DNA of 64,000 nucleotides from positions 96,001-160,000 of the forward strand of contig JBKAGE010000039.1 of the NCBI GenBank assembly GCA_046290225.1, read 5' to 3'. Below, in pieces: positions 36,881-47,132 of the stretch. This DNA comes from Bradymonadia bacterium (lineage in GTDB: Bacteria; Myxococcota_A; Bradymonadia; UBA7976; UBA1532). A program made the position numbers and the translations under genes. Position 1 is the stretch's first letter. Each line of letters opens with the position of its first letter. The notes under the pieces are model-generated. The model saw only the letters and a program-made list of their open reading frames with translations, was not told the DNA's origin and ran no database searches.

Positions 36881-38098
36881 ATGAGCAAGAGCCCCCTCAC
36901 CCGTGCATGCTACGACCATGATCTCGAGAAGGTCCGCGCCCTGATCGCGCAGGGTGCACCTGTCGATGCATCTGACAACGAGGTTTGGAGCGACACTGCG
37001 GAAGGTTGCTTGAGTGGTGCGCCATACTACACACCCCTCGGCGAGGCGTGTCGGAGCACATACGGTGACATAGAGACTCAGTCGGCCATCGTCGCCGCGT
37101 TGCTCGAAGCAGGTGCACCTGTGAACCAGCGCAATTATCGCAACGAGACAGCGCTCCATTTCGCCTGTCAGTCCGGTCGTGCCGAGATCATCCGTCAAAT
37201 CGCCACCGCAGATGCTGATCTCACCGCAGTGGGTTGCCTCGGCAATGCGGTCAGCGCTCTGGTGACGCACATGGACTTGGACGAGCCCAGTGGGCAAAGG
37301 GTGGGGGCATTGCGGGTGTTGCTCGCCCTCGGCGCTGATCCCCGGTTGCCGGATGCATGGGGCAAGGACCTGGTGCGCTCTATGGGCGACTTCACTGGCT
37401 GGCTCACGTCGAGGAGCAGGCACGAGAAGGCCCGAGGCGTCGCCGCCCTCGAGCGTATGGAGGTGGTGGCCGATGCAGTTGGCGACTACCCCGCCCTCAA
37501 TGAATGGCTCGAGACGCACCGCGCCGCGCAGCTCCAAGGAGACGCAAAGCTGCGAAAGGTCTACGAGAAGCTCGACAAGCTGCGTGCTGCAGCATCGGAG
37601 AAGGGCTTCGACAAGAAGTTTGCCCGGGCCATCGGCAAGAGCATCGTCGGTCGGTACGAAGATCTGGCCCGGCTCACGAAGCACGTACTCATGGCCCCCG
37701 AGGTGGTGGCGCACCCGGATTGGGCCACGCTGGTGTGTGCATTGCTCGAGCGGACGATGAGCTATGGCGACGTCACCGAGGAGACCTATGGTCAACGCCT
37801 GACCCTCGACCAGATGGAGGACGATGAGGGGGGCGCCCTCGACTACTACGCCGACGAGCACCTCAGCACGGTGGAGCACTGCCTGGTGGCGTGTCGCGCC
37901 GAGGGTGCCTGGTCTCGGAGCGACTTCGGCGATCTCGTGCGGGAGATCGCCGAGACGAAGTACGCACGCATTGGATACATGTCCTTCGGCGACGAGGAGG
38001 CGGTGGCCCTTGCGGCCCATCTCGACACGGTGGGTAGCCCGGACGCCGAGTCACTCCGGGCCGATTTGCGCAAGGGGTTCCCCTTCGCCGGACTCTGA
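36881..38098 (+). CDS. Ankyrin-repeat protein
   Basis: GGAG RBS; SPLTRAC...LIAQGAPVD, TPLGEAC, ETALHFACQSGRAEII, LGADP..PDAWGK. Confidence 0.85.
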   Translation: MSKSPLTRACYDHDLEKVRALIAQGAPVDASDNEVWSDTAEGCLSGAPYYTPLGEACRSTYGDIETQSAIVAALLEAGAPVNQRNYRNETALHFACQSGRAEIIRQIATADADLTAVGCLGNAVSALVTHMDLDEPSGQRVGALRVLLALGADPRLPDAWGKDLVRSMGDFTGWLTSRSRHEKARGVAALERMEVVADAVGDYPALNEWLETHRAAQLQGDAKLRKVYEKLDKLRAAASEKGFDKKFARAIGKSIVGRYEDLARLTKHVLMAPEVVAHPDWATLVCALLERTMSYGDVTEETYGQRLTLDQMEDDEGGALDYYADEHLSTVEHCLVACRAEGAWSRSDFGDLVREIAETKYARIGYMSFGDEEAVALAAHLDTVGSPDAESLRADLRKGFPFAGL

Positions 38099-38223
38099 GG
38101 AAGGCCCGCACCAAAGAGGGCTCTGCTGGCCCATCGTTGCTCGTGACCCACACAGGGACCACCTTGCTAGATTGCCCCAGTCCTGATAAGCCCCAGCCCG
38201 TTGGCTTCCAATGACTTCTGAGG

Positions 38224-41004
38224 ATGAAAACAATGAGCCTCTATACCGACTACCTGAAAGAGATCGAGCTGCGCAAAGACCACGGGTTGCACCCCAAGCC
38301 CATCGAAGATGCGGCGCTGGTGAACGCGCTCATCGACCAGATCAAAGATCTCGATCATGAGCACCGGGCCGACTCGCTCAAGTTCTTCATCTACAACACG
38401 CTGCCAGGCACCACGAGCGCCGCTGGTGCCAAGGCGGCCTTCCTGAAGGCCATCATCACCGGCGCTGAGACCGTGGCGGAGATCTCCACGGCTCAGGCCT
38501 TCGAGTACCTCTCCCACATGAAGGGCGGTCCGTCGATCGAGGTCCTGCTGGATCTCGCCCTGGGCGATGATGCTGCCATCGCGGACGAGGCGGCGAAGGT
38601 CCTCAAGACGCAGGTGTTCCTCTACGAGGCGGACACCGATCGCCTTGAGGCGGCGCACAAGGCTGGCAACGCCCTGGCCACCGATCTGCTCACGAGCTAC
38701 GCCAACGCGGAGTTCTTCACGCAGCTGCCCGAGGTCGAGGAGACCATTCAGGTCGTCACCTACGTGACGGCTGTGGGTGATGTGTCGACCGATCTCCTCT
38801 CCCCAGGCAGCGACGCCCACTCCCGCTCCGATCGTGAGCTGCATGGGCAGTGCCTCTTCGAGCACAACAAAGAGGCCCAAGGGGTCTTGCTCGGCCTCAA
38901 AGAGGCGCATCCCGACAAGCGGGTCATGCTGGTGGCCGACAAGGGCACGATGGGCGTGGGCAGCTCCCGGATGTCCGGCGTGAACAACGTCGCTTTGTGG
39001 ACGGGCATCCAGGCCAGCCCCTATGTGCCGTTCATCAACATCGCCCCCATCGTCGGTGGCACGAACGGCATCTCGCCCATCTTCCTGACCACGGTGGGCG
39101 TGACCGGTGGCATCGGGATCGACCTGAAGAACTGGGTGAAGAAGGTCGACGCCGACGGCAATGTGGTGCTCGACGAAGACGGCGAGCCCGAGCTGGAGCA
39201 GGTCTTCTCCATCGACACCGGCACAGTGCTGACGATCAACACCAGGACCAAGAAGCTCTACAACGAAGATGGCAGCGAAGAGCTCTGCGACATCGCCTCG
39301 GCCCTGACGCCCCAGAAGCTCGAGTTCATCCGGGCCCAGGGGTCCTACGCCGTGGTCTTCGGCAAGAAGCTCCAGACGACCGCAGCGGGCATCCTGGGCG
39401 TCGAGGTGCCCCCGGTCTACGCCCCCTCGAAGGAGGTCACCCACGAGGGCCAGGGCCTCACCGCCGTGGAGAAGATCTTCAACAAGAACGCCGTGGGCAC
39501 CACGCCCGGCGCCGTGCTCTACGCGGGGTCTGACGTGCGCGTGAAGGTCGACATCGTCGGCTCTCAAGACACCACCGGCCTGATGACCTCGCAAGAGCTG
39601 GAGATGATGGCGGCGACGGTCATCTCCCCCACGGTGACTGGCGCCTACCAGTCGGGCTGCCACACCGCCTCGGTGTGGGACTTCAAGGCCCAGCGCAACA
39701 TCCCCAAGCTCATGCGCTTCATGAACAGCTTCGGCCTCATCACCGGGCGGGATCCCAAAGACGAGTACCCGGCGATGACCGACGTGATTCACAAGGTGCT
39801 CAACGACATCACCGTCGACGACTGGGCGGTCATCGTGGGCGGTGACTCTCACACCCGCATGTCGAAGGGCGTGGCCTTCGGCGCCGACTCGGGCACCGTG
39901 GCCCTGGCCCTCGCCACCGGCGAGGCGACGATGCCGATCCCGCAGTCGGTGAAGGTCACCTTCAAGGGCACCCTGAAAGATCACATGGACTTCCGCGACG
40001 TGGTCCACGCCACTCAGGCCCAGATGCTGGCGGCCTTCGGCGGCGAGAACGTGTTCCAGGGCCGCGTGATCGAGGTCCACATCGGCACGCTGCTCGCCGA
40101 TCAGGCCTTCACGTTCACCGACTGGACGGCTGAGATGAAGGCCAAAGCCTCGATCTGCATTTCGAAGCCCGAGACCCTCATCGAGTCGCTGGAGATCGCC
40201 AAGGGGCGCATCCAGACCATGATCGACAAGGGCATGGACAACGAGAAGCAGATGCTCCAGGGGCTGGTCGACAAGGCCGAGACCCGCATCGTCGAGCTGA
40301 AGTCGGGCTCACGCCCCGCCCTGGCCCCCGACGTCGACGCGAAGTACGCCGCCGAGTTCGTCGTGGATCTCGATCAGATCATCGAGCCGATGATCGCCGA
40401 CCCCGACGTGCACAATGACGACGTGTCCAAGCGCTACACCCACGACACGATCCGCCCCATCTCCCACTACGAGGGCACCAAGAAGGTCGACCTCGGCTTC
40501 GTGGGCTCGTGCATGGTGCACAAGGGCGACATGCAGATCATCGCTCAGATGCTGCGCAACGTGGAGAAGCAGCAGGGCGGGGTGAGCTTCAAGGCGCCGC
40601 TGGTGGTGGCCCCCCCGACCTACAACATCGTCAACGAGCTCAAGGCCGAGGGCGACTGGGAGGTCTTGCAACGCTACGCGGGCTTCGAGTTCAACGACAT
40701 CAAGCCCAAGGGCGAGGCCCGTAAGAAGTACCAGAACATCCTTTACCTCGAGCGTCCTGGCTGCAACCTCTGCATGGGCAACCAGGAGAAGGCGGAGAAG
40801 GGCGACACGGTGATGGCGACCTCGACGCGACTGTTCCAGGGCCGCGTGGTCGCCGACAGCGACGAGAAGAAGGGTGAGTCCCTGCTGGCCTCGACGCCGG
40901 TGGTGGTGCTGTCTACGCTGCTGGGCCGCACGCCCACACTCGAGGAGTACGTGGCGGCGGTCGACGGCATCAAGCTGACGAGCTACGCCCCGCCCCTGAA
41001 CTAG
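38224..41004 (+). CDS. acnB: Aconitate hydratase B (bifunctional aconitase/2-methylisocitrate dehydratase)
   Basis: HEAT-like N-terminus, GVGSSR, VGSQDTTG, QSGCHTA, GGDSHTR, FVGSCM, PGCNLCMGNQ, TSTR.F.GR; strongly biased codons. Confidence 0.95.
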   Translation: MKTMSLYTDYLKEIELRKDHGLHPKPIEDAALVNALIDQIKDLDHEHRADSLKFFIYNTLPGTTSAAGAKAAFLKAIITGAETVAEISTAQAFEYLSHMKGGPSIEVLLDLALGDDAAIADEAAKVLKTQVFLYEADTDRLEAAHKAGNALATDLLTSYANAEFFTQLPEVEETIQVVTYVTAVGDVSTDLLSPGSDAHSRSDRELHGQCLFEHNKEAQGVLLGLKEAHPDKRVMLVADKGTMGVGSSRMSGVNNVALWTGIQASPYVPFINIAPIVGGTNGISPIFLTTVGVTGGIGIDLKNWVKKVDADGNVVLDEDGEPELEQVFSIDTGTVLTINTRTKKLYNEDGSEELCDIASALTPQKLEFIRAQGSYAVVFGKKLQTTAAGILGVEVPPVYAPSKEVTHEGQGLTAVEKIFNKNAVGTTPGAVLYAGSDVRVKVDIVGSQDTTGLMTSQELEMMAATVISPTVTGAYQSGCHTASVWDFKAQRNIPKLMRFMNSFGLITGRDPKDEYPAMTDVIHKVLNDITVDDWAVIVGGDSHTRMSKGVAFGADSGTVALALATGEATMPIPQSVKVTFKGTLKDHMDFRDVVHATQAQMLAAFGGENVFQGRVIEVHIGTLLADQAFTFTDWTAEMKAKASICISKPETLIESLEIAKGRIQTMIDKGMDNEKQMLQGLVDKAETRIVELKSGSRPALAPDVDAKYAAEFVVDLDQIIEPMIADPDVHNDDVSKRYTHDTIRPISHYEGTKKVDLGFVGSCMVHKGDMQIIAQMLRNVEKQQGGVSFKAPLVVAPPTYNIVNELKAEGDWEVLQRYAGFEFNDIKPKGEARKKYQNILYLERPGCNLCMGNQEKAEKGDTVMATSTRLFQGRVVADSDEKKGESLLASTPVVVLSTLLGRTPTLEEYVAAVDGIKLTSYAPPLN

Positions 41005-41069
41005 AACTTCCGAGATCTACGGCTCTGTTCAGTTGACAGCAGAGGGGGCGGGGGGTTCCCTACTGCGCC

Positions 41070-41714
41070 ATGAGCAAGACAACCTCCACCGTCACGAAAG
41101 ACGGCCGTACCCTCAGTCGTTTTCACCGCTTCCTCGGCCGGCTCGTCTGTCGAATGATGGGTTGGACCGTCATCGGCGGCCTGCCAGAGCCGAAGCGGGC
41201 GATCTTCATCGCCTCGCCCCATACATCGAACTGGGACGGCTTCATCATGCTGGCGGTTTCCTGGGCGCTCGGCGTGCGGCTGTCGTGGATGGCCAAGCAC
41301 ACCCTGCTCAAGTGGCCATTTCGAGGTTTTCTGATGTCGCTGGGTGCCGTCCCAGTGGACCGCTCGAAGAACACCGACACGGTGGGGCTGGTGGCTCAGC
41401 AGATGCAGGCCTCAGATGGCATGTATCTGGCCATCGCCCCTTCGGGGAGCCGGTCGAAGCGAGAGCACTGGAAGTCGGGCTTCTACCACATGGCCCTCGC
41501 CGCCGGCGTGCCGGTCATCTGCGGGTTTCTCGACTACAAGCGAAAGCGCGGGGGCTGCGGCCCGGTCATCTACCTCACGGGTGATCGCAAGGCCGACATG
41601 GAGCAAATTCGGGCGTTCTACGCCGACATCGAGGGTAAATTTCCCGAGAAGCACACGCCGGTGATGCTGCGGGACGAGTCACCCGTCGAGGATGAGGCCT
41701 CGCGCGCCAGCTGA
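41070..41714 (+). CDS. Lysophospholipid/1-acylglycerol-3-phosphate acyltransferase-family protein
   Basis: PHTSNWD (HxxxxD), WKSGFYHMA..AGVP; APSGSR in place of the usual PEGTR. Confidence 0.85.
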   Translation: MSKTTSTVTKDGRTLSRFHRFLGRLVCRMMGWTVIGGLPEPKRAIFIASPHTSNWDGFIMLAVSWALGVRLSWMAKHTLLKWPFRGFLMSLGAVPVDRSKNTDTVGLVAQQMQASDGMYLAIAPSGSRSKREHWKSGFYHMALAAGVPVICGFLDYKRKRGGCGPVIYLTGDRKADMEQIRAFYADIEGKFPEKHTPVMLRDESPVEDEASRAS

Positions 41715-41827
41715 GGTGCCTGTGATGGTGACTCTGGGCATCGCGGGAGGCTGTGGCTGGTGCCTGCATGGCTTGTGGCACACTGTAATGGCTGGCTCCA
41801 GGCCGCCGTCGAAGTTGGAGAAGTGCC

Positions 41828-43267
41828 TTGGCAGACATTCCATCAGAGCTCGCGCCCATTCGCACATTGAAGGTCACCACAACACCCAAACGTGTGGTTG
41901 TTGTAGGCGCGGGTCTCGCGGGCCTGGTGGCCGCATCCGAGCTGACACGCATCGGGCACCATGTTGAGATCCTCGAAGCATCCAAACGAGTAGGCGGCAG
42001 AGCGTTTACGCTGCGTCATCGTGATGGCCGGTATGTAGACCTCGGAGCGATGCGCATCCCGAAAGCGCATCATGTGACTCGTTTCTATTGCGAAGAGTTG
42101 GGGCTGGCGCTGCGCCCGTTCGGGGGAGATGAGGCACGTACTCTCATTGCCGCTCGGGGACTCCGGGTGACCGAGGCAGAGAGCGAGAGTGTGCTTGATA
42201 CATTCGAACTGACACCATCTGAGAGGGCGCTCGGATTGGTTGGCCTGTGGGAAAAGACTGTATATCAGTTGTACACAGGGCTGACCGCGGACGAGAAGGA
42301 AGACTTGTTCCGCGATACCCCAGAGACGGACCGAGTCAAGGCGCTGGACCAGTACTCTCTCCGTTCGTTTCTAAAGTCTTGCGGGGTGTCTGATGGGGCG
42401 TTGGCGGCATTCGGCACCCTCTGGGAGATGGAGACATCTCTGCACTTTGCGCTGCTTGAGACGCTGCGTGACCAGCATCAGGAGATCTGGACCTCGTCCT
42501 TCTCCGAGATTGTGGGTGGAACGGATCGGCTACCCCACGCTCTCGCGGAGACTGTGACTGATTGTATCCGTCTGGGAAGCCGGGTGACCTCAGTACGTCA
42601 TCAGGAAGGCGAGCTGGTCATCCGATTTGTAAACAGTACCACTGAGGACGAGGTGACCGCCGACTGGTTGATCGTCGCTGTGCCTTTGGGTCCGTTGCAG
42701 AGGATCGACTTCGGAGACTTGCTTCCGGTCGATAAGGCCGACTCAATACGCCGCCTTCACTATGACGCAGCGACAAAGGTCGCCGCTTTCACGGCAAGTC
42801 GGTTTTGGGAGACGACTGACGGAATCTTTGGGGGCGGATCTACGAGTGACTCAGGCATTGGCGGGACTTGGTATCCGAGCGACAACCACAAACAAGATCC
42901 GTTGGTATCAGAGGCGCCAGGCGCCATGCTCGCCAGTTACACTTGGGGACAGCAGGCGACCCGCATTGTCACAGACGATCCCCATGCACATACAGCGGAG
43001 GCACTCGCTTCACTCCATCCGGAACTACGAGACCAGCCTCAGCTGCTCGAAAAGCTGGTTGTGTGGAGTTGGCACGACAAACCCCTCAGTCAAGGCGCGT
43101 ACTGTTTTCATCTCCCAGGGCAGTTCACGGAGTTGCACCATGCCCTTGTTCGGCCGGAGGGCCGCATCCTGTTTGCAGGTGAGCATGCCTCGCTCGATCA
43201 TGCGTGGATGCAGGGTGCTCTGGAGTCTGGGATTCGTGCGGCCACCGCGGTCGCGGGCTCTGAATGA
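41828..43267 (+). CDS. Flavin monoamine oxidase / L-amino acid oxidase family
   Basis: VVVVGAGLAGL, EAS.RVGGR, LGAMRIP, WYPS, LASYTW, FAGEHAS..HAWMQGALESG. Confidence 0.9.
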   Translation: MADIPSELAPIRTLKVTTTPKRVVVVGAGLAGLVAASELTRIGHHVEILEASKRVGGRAFTLRHRDGRYVDLGAMRIPKAHHVTRFYCEELGLALRPFGGDEARTLIAARGLRVTEAESESVLDTFELTPSERALGLVGLWEKTVYQLYTGLTADEKEDLFRDTPETDRVKALDQYSLRSFLKSCGVSDGALAAFGTLWEMETSLHFALLETLRDQHQEIWTSSFSEIVGGTDRLPHALAETVTDCIRLGSRVTSVRHQEGELVIRFVNSTTEDEVTADWLIVAVPLGPLQRIDFGDLLPVDKADSIRRLHYDAATKVAAFTASRFWETTDGIFGGGSTSDSGIGGTWYPSDNHKQDPLVSEAPGAMLASYTWGQQATRIVTDDPHAHTAEALASLHPELRDQPQLLEKLVVWSWHDKPLSQGAYCFHLPGQFTELHHALVRPEGRILFAGEHASLDHAWMQGALESGIRAATAVAGSE

Positions 43268-43434
43268 GCCTCGCCTCGCGAGTTCTATGCTGATGCGGTG
43301 TGGGTCGGTCGTGGTCCTCGACAGATGCCCCCTCTCAACACCAGCGTATGTGGCCTTTTGCTGACTGTTGTACTGAGTCAACGAAGTGTGAGGTGTTCGG
43401 TGAGCTCAGGGCAATGCAGTACGGCGTGTATGAC

Positions 43435-44949
43435 TTACAGCAGAGGGATCTGAGTCTGCAGGTGTATGGTCGACGCCTTCCGAGTGCCCTTGCCATTGCC
43501 CGAGGCCTTGTAGACGGTGCCCGAGCCCGAGCCGCTGCCCTGCACGCCTTCCACCACCTGACCCTCGCCGTCCACCGCCAGCGCTTCGAAGGTGTAGGCT
43601 GAGGGCAAGCCGGTGCCACCTCGGGTGACCCACTTGTTGGCCTGGCCCTCGAAGTCGAGGTTCACCTCCGTCTCCAGCGGCGGGGGGCCCTCGAAGGGCT
43701 CTTCGAAGATGACATTGAAGGCCGGGGCGTCGTTCAACTCGCCGGTGGTGGCGACCCACAGCTCGAAGGTCTCGCCGTTCTGGTACACCACCGCCCGGCC
43801 ACGGCCGTCTGCGAAGGGCACTGAGGCTTCAGCAGGGCAACTGTCGAGGGTGCACTCGGCCCCGAAGATGGGCAGCTCGATCTCGTACTGCTCAGTGTTG
43901 GGGTTGCCCTCGGCGTCCACGCCCTCCAACAGCACCAGGTAAACCGAGCCTGCCGGTGAGTCGCCCGGATCGAACTCTGCGGTCTGGCTGTACGCGTTGA
44001 ACGTGCTCGCAGGGGCCTCGTCGAAGGCCGACAGCGCCACCTCACCGGTCTCCTGGTCGGTGACTTCCAGATCCAGCCCGGCGATGTTGTCCTGGCCAAA
44101 GGTCATGGCCGTCAGCCGCATATCGCCTCGGCGGGTCTCTCTGAGGCGAATGCTGTCGATGCTGGGGGTCGCGCCTTCTTCCAAGGCAACCTGTGCGTTG
44201 CGGGTGGCCACTTGCTCGCCCTCCGCGTCCAGCAGAGTCGTGTTCAGGCTCACCGCCCCCGCTTGATCCAGCAGGGCCTCGTCACCGTTGAGATCTTGCA
44301 CCCAGGTCTGGCGATACTCATCCACGGCCAGCTCGCCGCCGAGATCGCTGCCCTCGACCTGGTAGTTGATGCCGACGAGCCCCTGACCGTTCCATGCGCT
44401 GCTTGAGTTGGAGATCACCGCCTTGAGGGCGCCATCGGCTCTGAGCCTGGCGCGGACCTTCCAGCCGTTGTCCCCCAAGGCCACCGTGGCGGTCCTGCCC
44501 ACGGACTCCAGAACAATGGACACCTCAGGCACATAGCCGCCCAGCGCGTCCCAGTTGAAGGCATCCTCTGCCAGCTGCAACGTGAGCGTCACGGGGCCCG
44601 ACAGGTCTGGCGTGCCGAGCGGGCTCGATGCGGCCACCTGGATACTGTTGCGGCGCGTCGCCGGCGTAACCTCCACCGGGATCAGCTCACCATCGAGCAC
44701 CGCGCTGGCTTCGGTGCGTACCGAGCCGATGGCGCTCGGGTCGTTCCCCGAAGTGCGCGAGACGATCTTGAAGCCGCTGCCGACACGCTTCTTTTTGATT
44801 TTGATGCGCTTGATTTTGCCCGTGAATTTGACCTGGGCCTGTGCTGTGGAGATGCCGAGGATGTTGGGGGCAACATCCAGCGCGGTGGCGCCGAGCTGTA
44901 CACCCGAGAGCACAGCCATGGCCGTCAGCGTCCTGACTACTTTCTTCAT
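43435..44949 (-). CDS. Hypothetical secreted protein
   Basis: Sec-like signal ending AQA, Lys/Arg-rich N-terminal strand, acidic beta-rich body; GGAG RBS. Confidence 0.7.
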   Translation of the reverse strand: MKKVVRTLTAMAVLSGVQLGATALDVAPNILGISTAQAQVKFTGKIKRIKIKKKRVGSGFKIVSRTSGNDPSAIGSVRTEASAVLDGELIPVEVTPATRRNSIQVAASSPLGTPDLSGPVTLTLQLAEDAFNWDALGGYVPEVSIVLESVGRTATVALGDNGWKVRARLRADGALKAVISNSSSAWNGQGLVGINYQVEGSDLGGELAVDEYRQTWVQDLNGDEALLDQAGAVSLNTTLLDAEGEQVATRNAQVALEEGATPSIDSIRLRETRRGDMRLTAMTFGQDNIAGLDLEVTDQETGEVALSAFDEAPASTFNAYSQTAEFDPGDSPAGSVYLVLLEGVDAEGNPNTEQYEIELPIFGAECTLDSCPAEASVPFADGRGRAVVYQNGETFELWVATTGELNDAPAFNVIFEEPFEGPPPLETEVNLDFEGQANKWVTRGGTGLPSAYTFEALAVDGEGQVVEGVQGSGSGSGTVYKASGNGKGTRKASTIHLQTQIPLL

Positions 44950-45128
44950 GATGAGTCTCCCTCTCTCTGCTTCATGTGTGCTCGTGACAGCGCGAGCGAT
45001 TGTCTGGATTTTAAATACACAGACACAGGCGCAGTTTTTAGAGGGTGTGCAAAAAAAGAAAAAATAGAGCGGACGATGGCGGCGTAGAGGGCGCAGCGCG
45101 CTGAATGCTTCTCGTGGTCATCTCCAGC

Positions 45129-45710
45129 TCATACCTTCGATTCGCGCTCGATGAACTGTGCCACCGTGTCTCGAATCAGCTCGTCGCTGATCTCGATGCG
45201 GAGCAGAACGTGTTGTGTGAGCATCGGGCCCGCAAGGCGAGCGCAGGCAGAGTCGATTGCGAGCGTCGCCGGGAGTTCGCCGTTCTCGGTTGCATGGCGA
45301 AGAACATCGGCAAGCCCAGTCAGCACACCCTGTACGAATCGCCGCTGTGGCTCGACAAACCTGTCGTCCCGATTCGCGTGGTCCAGCAACGTACCGAAGA
45401 CCTTGCGGAATGGGCGCTTGCGCATCCGTGCGCGCAAGTTGGACAGCGCAGATGTCAGGTCGGCTTCGAGATGCCCGGTCGTGCGGGTCTTCGCTCGAGG
45501 CGTCACAACGCGGTCGATCACATCCAGGAGCAGGGCCGACTGATCAGGCCAGTGCCGATAGATCGCCGAACGGGCCACACCTGTTTGCTCCGAGATCCGT
45601 AGGGCCGTCACCGCATCCCCGCCGGCGGTGGCCAAAAGCTCGCATCCTGCTCTGAGGACCGTCGCCCGCATCCGCTCGGTACGTGGGTTATCGCTGCTCT
45701 TGTCGTTCAT
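45129..45710 (-). CDS. TetR/AcrR-family regulator
   Basis: PRTERMRATVLRAG...VTALRISEQTGVARSAIYRHWPD. Confidence 0.9.
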   Translation of the reverse strand: MNDKSSDNPRTERMRATVLRAGCELLATAGGDAVTALRISEQTGVARSAIYRHWPDQSALLLDVIDRVVTPRAKTRTTGHLEADLTSALSNLRARMRKRPFRKVFGTLLDHANRDDRFVEPQRRFVQGVLTGLADVLRHATENGELPATLAIDSACARLAGPMLTQHVLLRIEISDELIRDTVAQFIERESKV

Positions 45711-45763
45711 CCTATCTGTCGTTCCTGCCTGGTGTATGTCGTCGCTCGAAGGATCGCCGGGTG

Positions 45764-45811
45764 TTGACTCGAGGACATCGTGTACTTTAGATCGGAGGAC
45801 ACCGTGTCCTC
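45764..45811 (+). promoter_or_regulatory. Promoter with two TetR-type operators
   Basis: Perfect palindrome GAGGACAC-C-GTGTCCTC (45795-45811) and imperfect copy GAGGACAT-C-GTGTACTT (45771-45787) just after TTGACT (45764). Confidence 0.75.
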
Positions 45812-45888
45812 AAACGGGCCTGGGCGCACGCTTGAAGAGCGACCTGGCTGGCGCAGGACCAATGTGCGTAAGGCGCTCAAGGAACATC

Positions 45889-47130
45889 ATGCCTGCTACC
45901 AACACCCGAGACTTCGTGCTCTCCGCCGCAATCACCGCCGAAGCCAGAGAAACCACCGGTGCTTCCGCATCGGATCTCGACATCCAGTTCGCCGGTGCGC
46001 TCGCATTCGCAGAGGATGGCACTCTGTTCGTCGGCGATAATCATAGCGGCGCCATCTATGCGTTCGAGATTCCGGCGAGTAAGAGCGACGGTCAGGTGGC
46101 GTCGAGCTCGATACGCAACATAGACTACAAGATCGCCGAAATCCTCGGCGTGCACACAGGGGCTGTCGAGATCAACGACATGGCTGTGCACCCGCTCTCC
46201 AACGAGATCTACATCTCGGTCACACGGATCGAGGGCTTCGCTTCGCTGCCCGTGATCGTGACGATCTCGACGGATCACAGGATTGGTGTGCTCGATATGG
46301 CTGCGCTGCCACTTCATCGGCAGGCCCTGAGCGGATTCCCGACGAGCGACGTCAAGTTCCAGGGGCGCGGCGCTCACGGGGTCACCCTGCCGCGAGATGC
46401 GGCGAAGCGAGCGCGGGGGATTCGATCGCTCGCGATCATGGACATGGCGTTCTATCAAGGTGAGCTCTTCGTCGCAGGTCTTGCGCACGACACCTTTCAG
46501 TCGTCCCTGCGTCGCATCGCCTACCCGTTCGACGGCACACAGGGGGTGGCGACCGTCGAGATGTACCACATCGCCCACGACAACTATGAGAGTCGGGCAC
46601 CGATCCGAGCGATGTCGATTCAGCAGATCGACGGCAAGCCTCAGCTCGTGGGCGCATACACCTGTAGCCCCGTCGTGCTCGTCCCGCTCGACACGATCGA
46701 AGATGGTGCGAAGATCTCGGCCAACACCATCATCGACATGGGCAACGGACAACCCATCGATATGGTTGCCTTCGAGATGCGCGGCGAGACGATGCTCTTC
46801 GTGACCAGCAACAGTCGATCGCCTCAGGTCATCCCAGTGAAAGGCCTGCATGCTGCTGCCGCCGTGACGCACGAGGACTTCGAGCGTGGTCCGAAGCTCG
46901 ACCTGCACCCGCTCATGCCGTTCGGCCCCGCAGGCAAGGCAGTCATGTTTGAGGGCGTGCCTCTCCACATTGCGCTGATCGACGGCACCTTCCTCGCATC
47001 GATCACGCGCGACGCCTACACCGGGGATCTGAACCTCGACATCAACCCGGTGATGTTCCCCAATCGCATTCACAATCTACTCGCTGAGATGGACTTCCCC
47101 AAGATCGAGGACCGTGGAGCGGAGGGCTGA
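45889..47130 (+). CDS. Hypothetical beta-propeller-like protein
   Basis: AAGGA RBS; LAFAEDGTLFVGD, DMAVHP.S.EIYISV, VEMYHIAH..YESRAP, YTCSP. Confidence 0.7.
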   Translation: MPATNTRDFVLSAAITAEARETTGASASDLDIQFAGALAFAEDGTLFVGDNHSGAIYAFEIPASKSDGQVASSSIRNIDYKIAEILGVHTGAVEINDMAVHPLSNEIYISVTRIEGFASLPVIVTISTDHRIGVLDMAALPLHRQALSGFPTSDVKFQGRGAHGVTLPRDAAKRARGIRSLAIMDMAFYQGELFVAGLAHDTFQSSLRRIAYPFDGTQGVATVEMYHIAHDNYESRAPIRAMSIQQIDGKPQLVGAYTCSPVVLVPLDTIEDGAKISANTIIDMGNGQPIDMVAFEMRGETMLFVTSNSRSPQVIPVKGLHAAAAVTHEDFERGPKLDLHPLMPFGPAGKAVMFEGVPLHIALIDGTFLASITRDAYTGDLNLDINPVMFPNRIHNLLAEMDFPKIEDRGAEG

Positions 47131-47132
47131 GC

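Noticed and set aside
38167..40080. 637-aa minus-strand ORF
   Set aside because: Antisense shadow of acnB.
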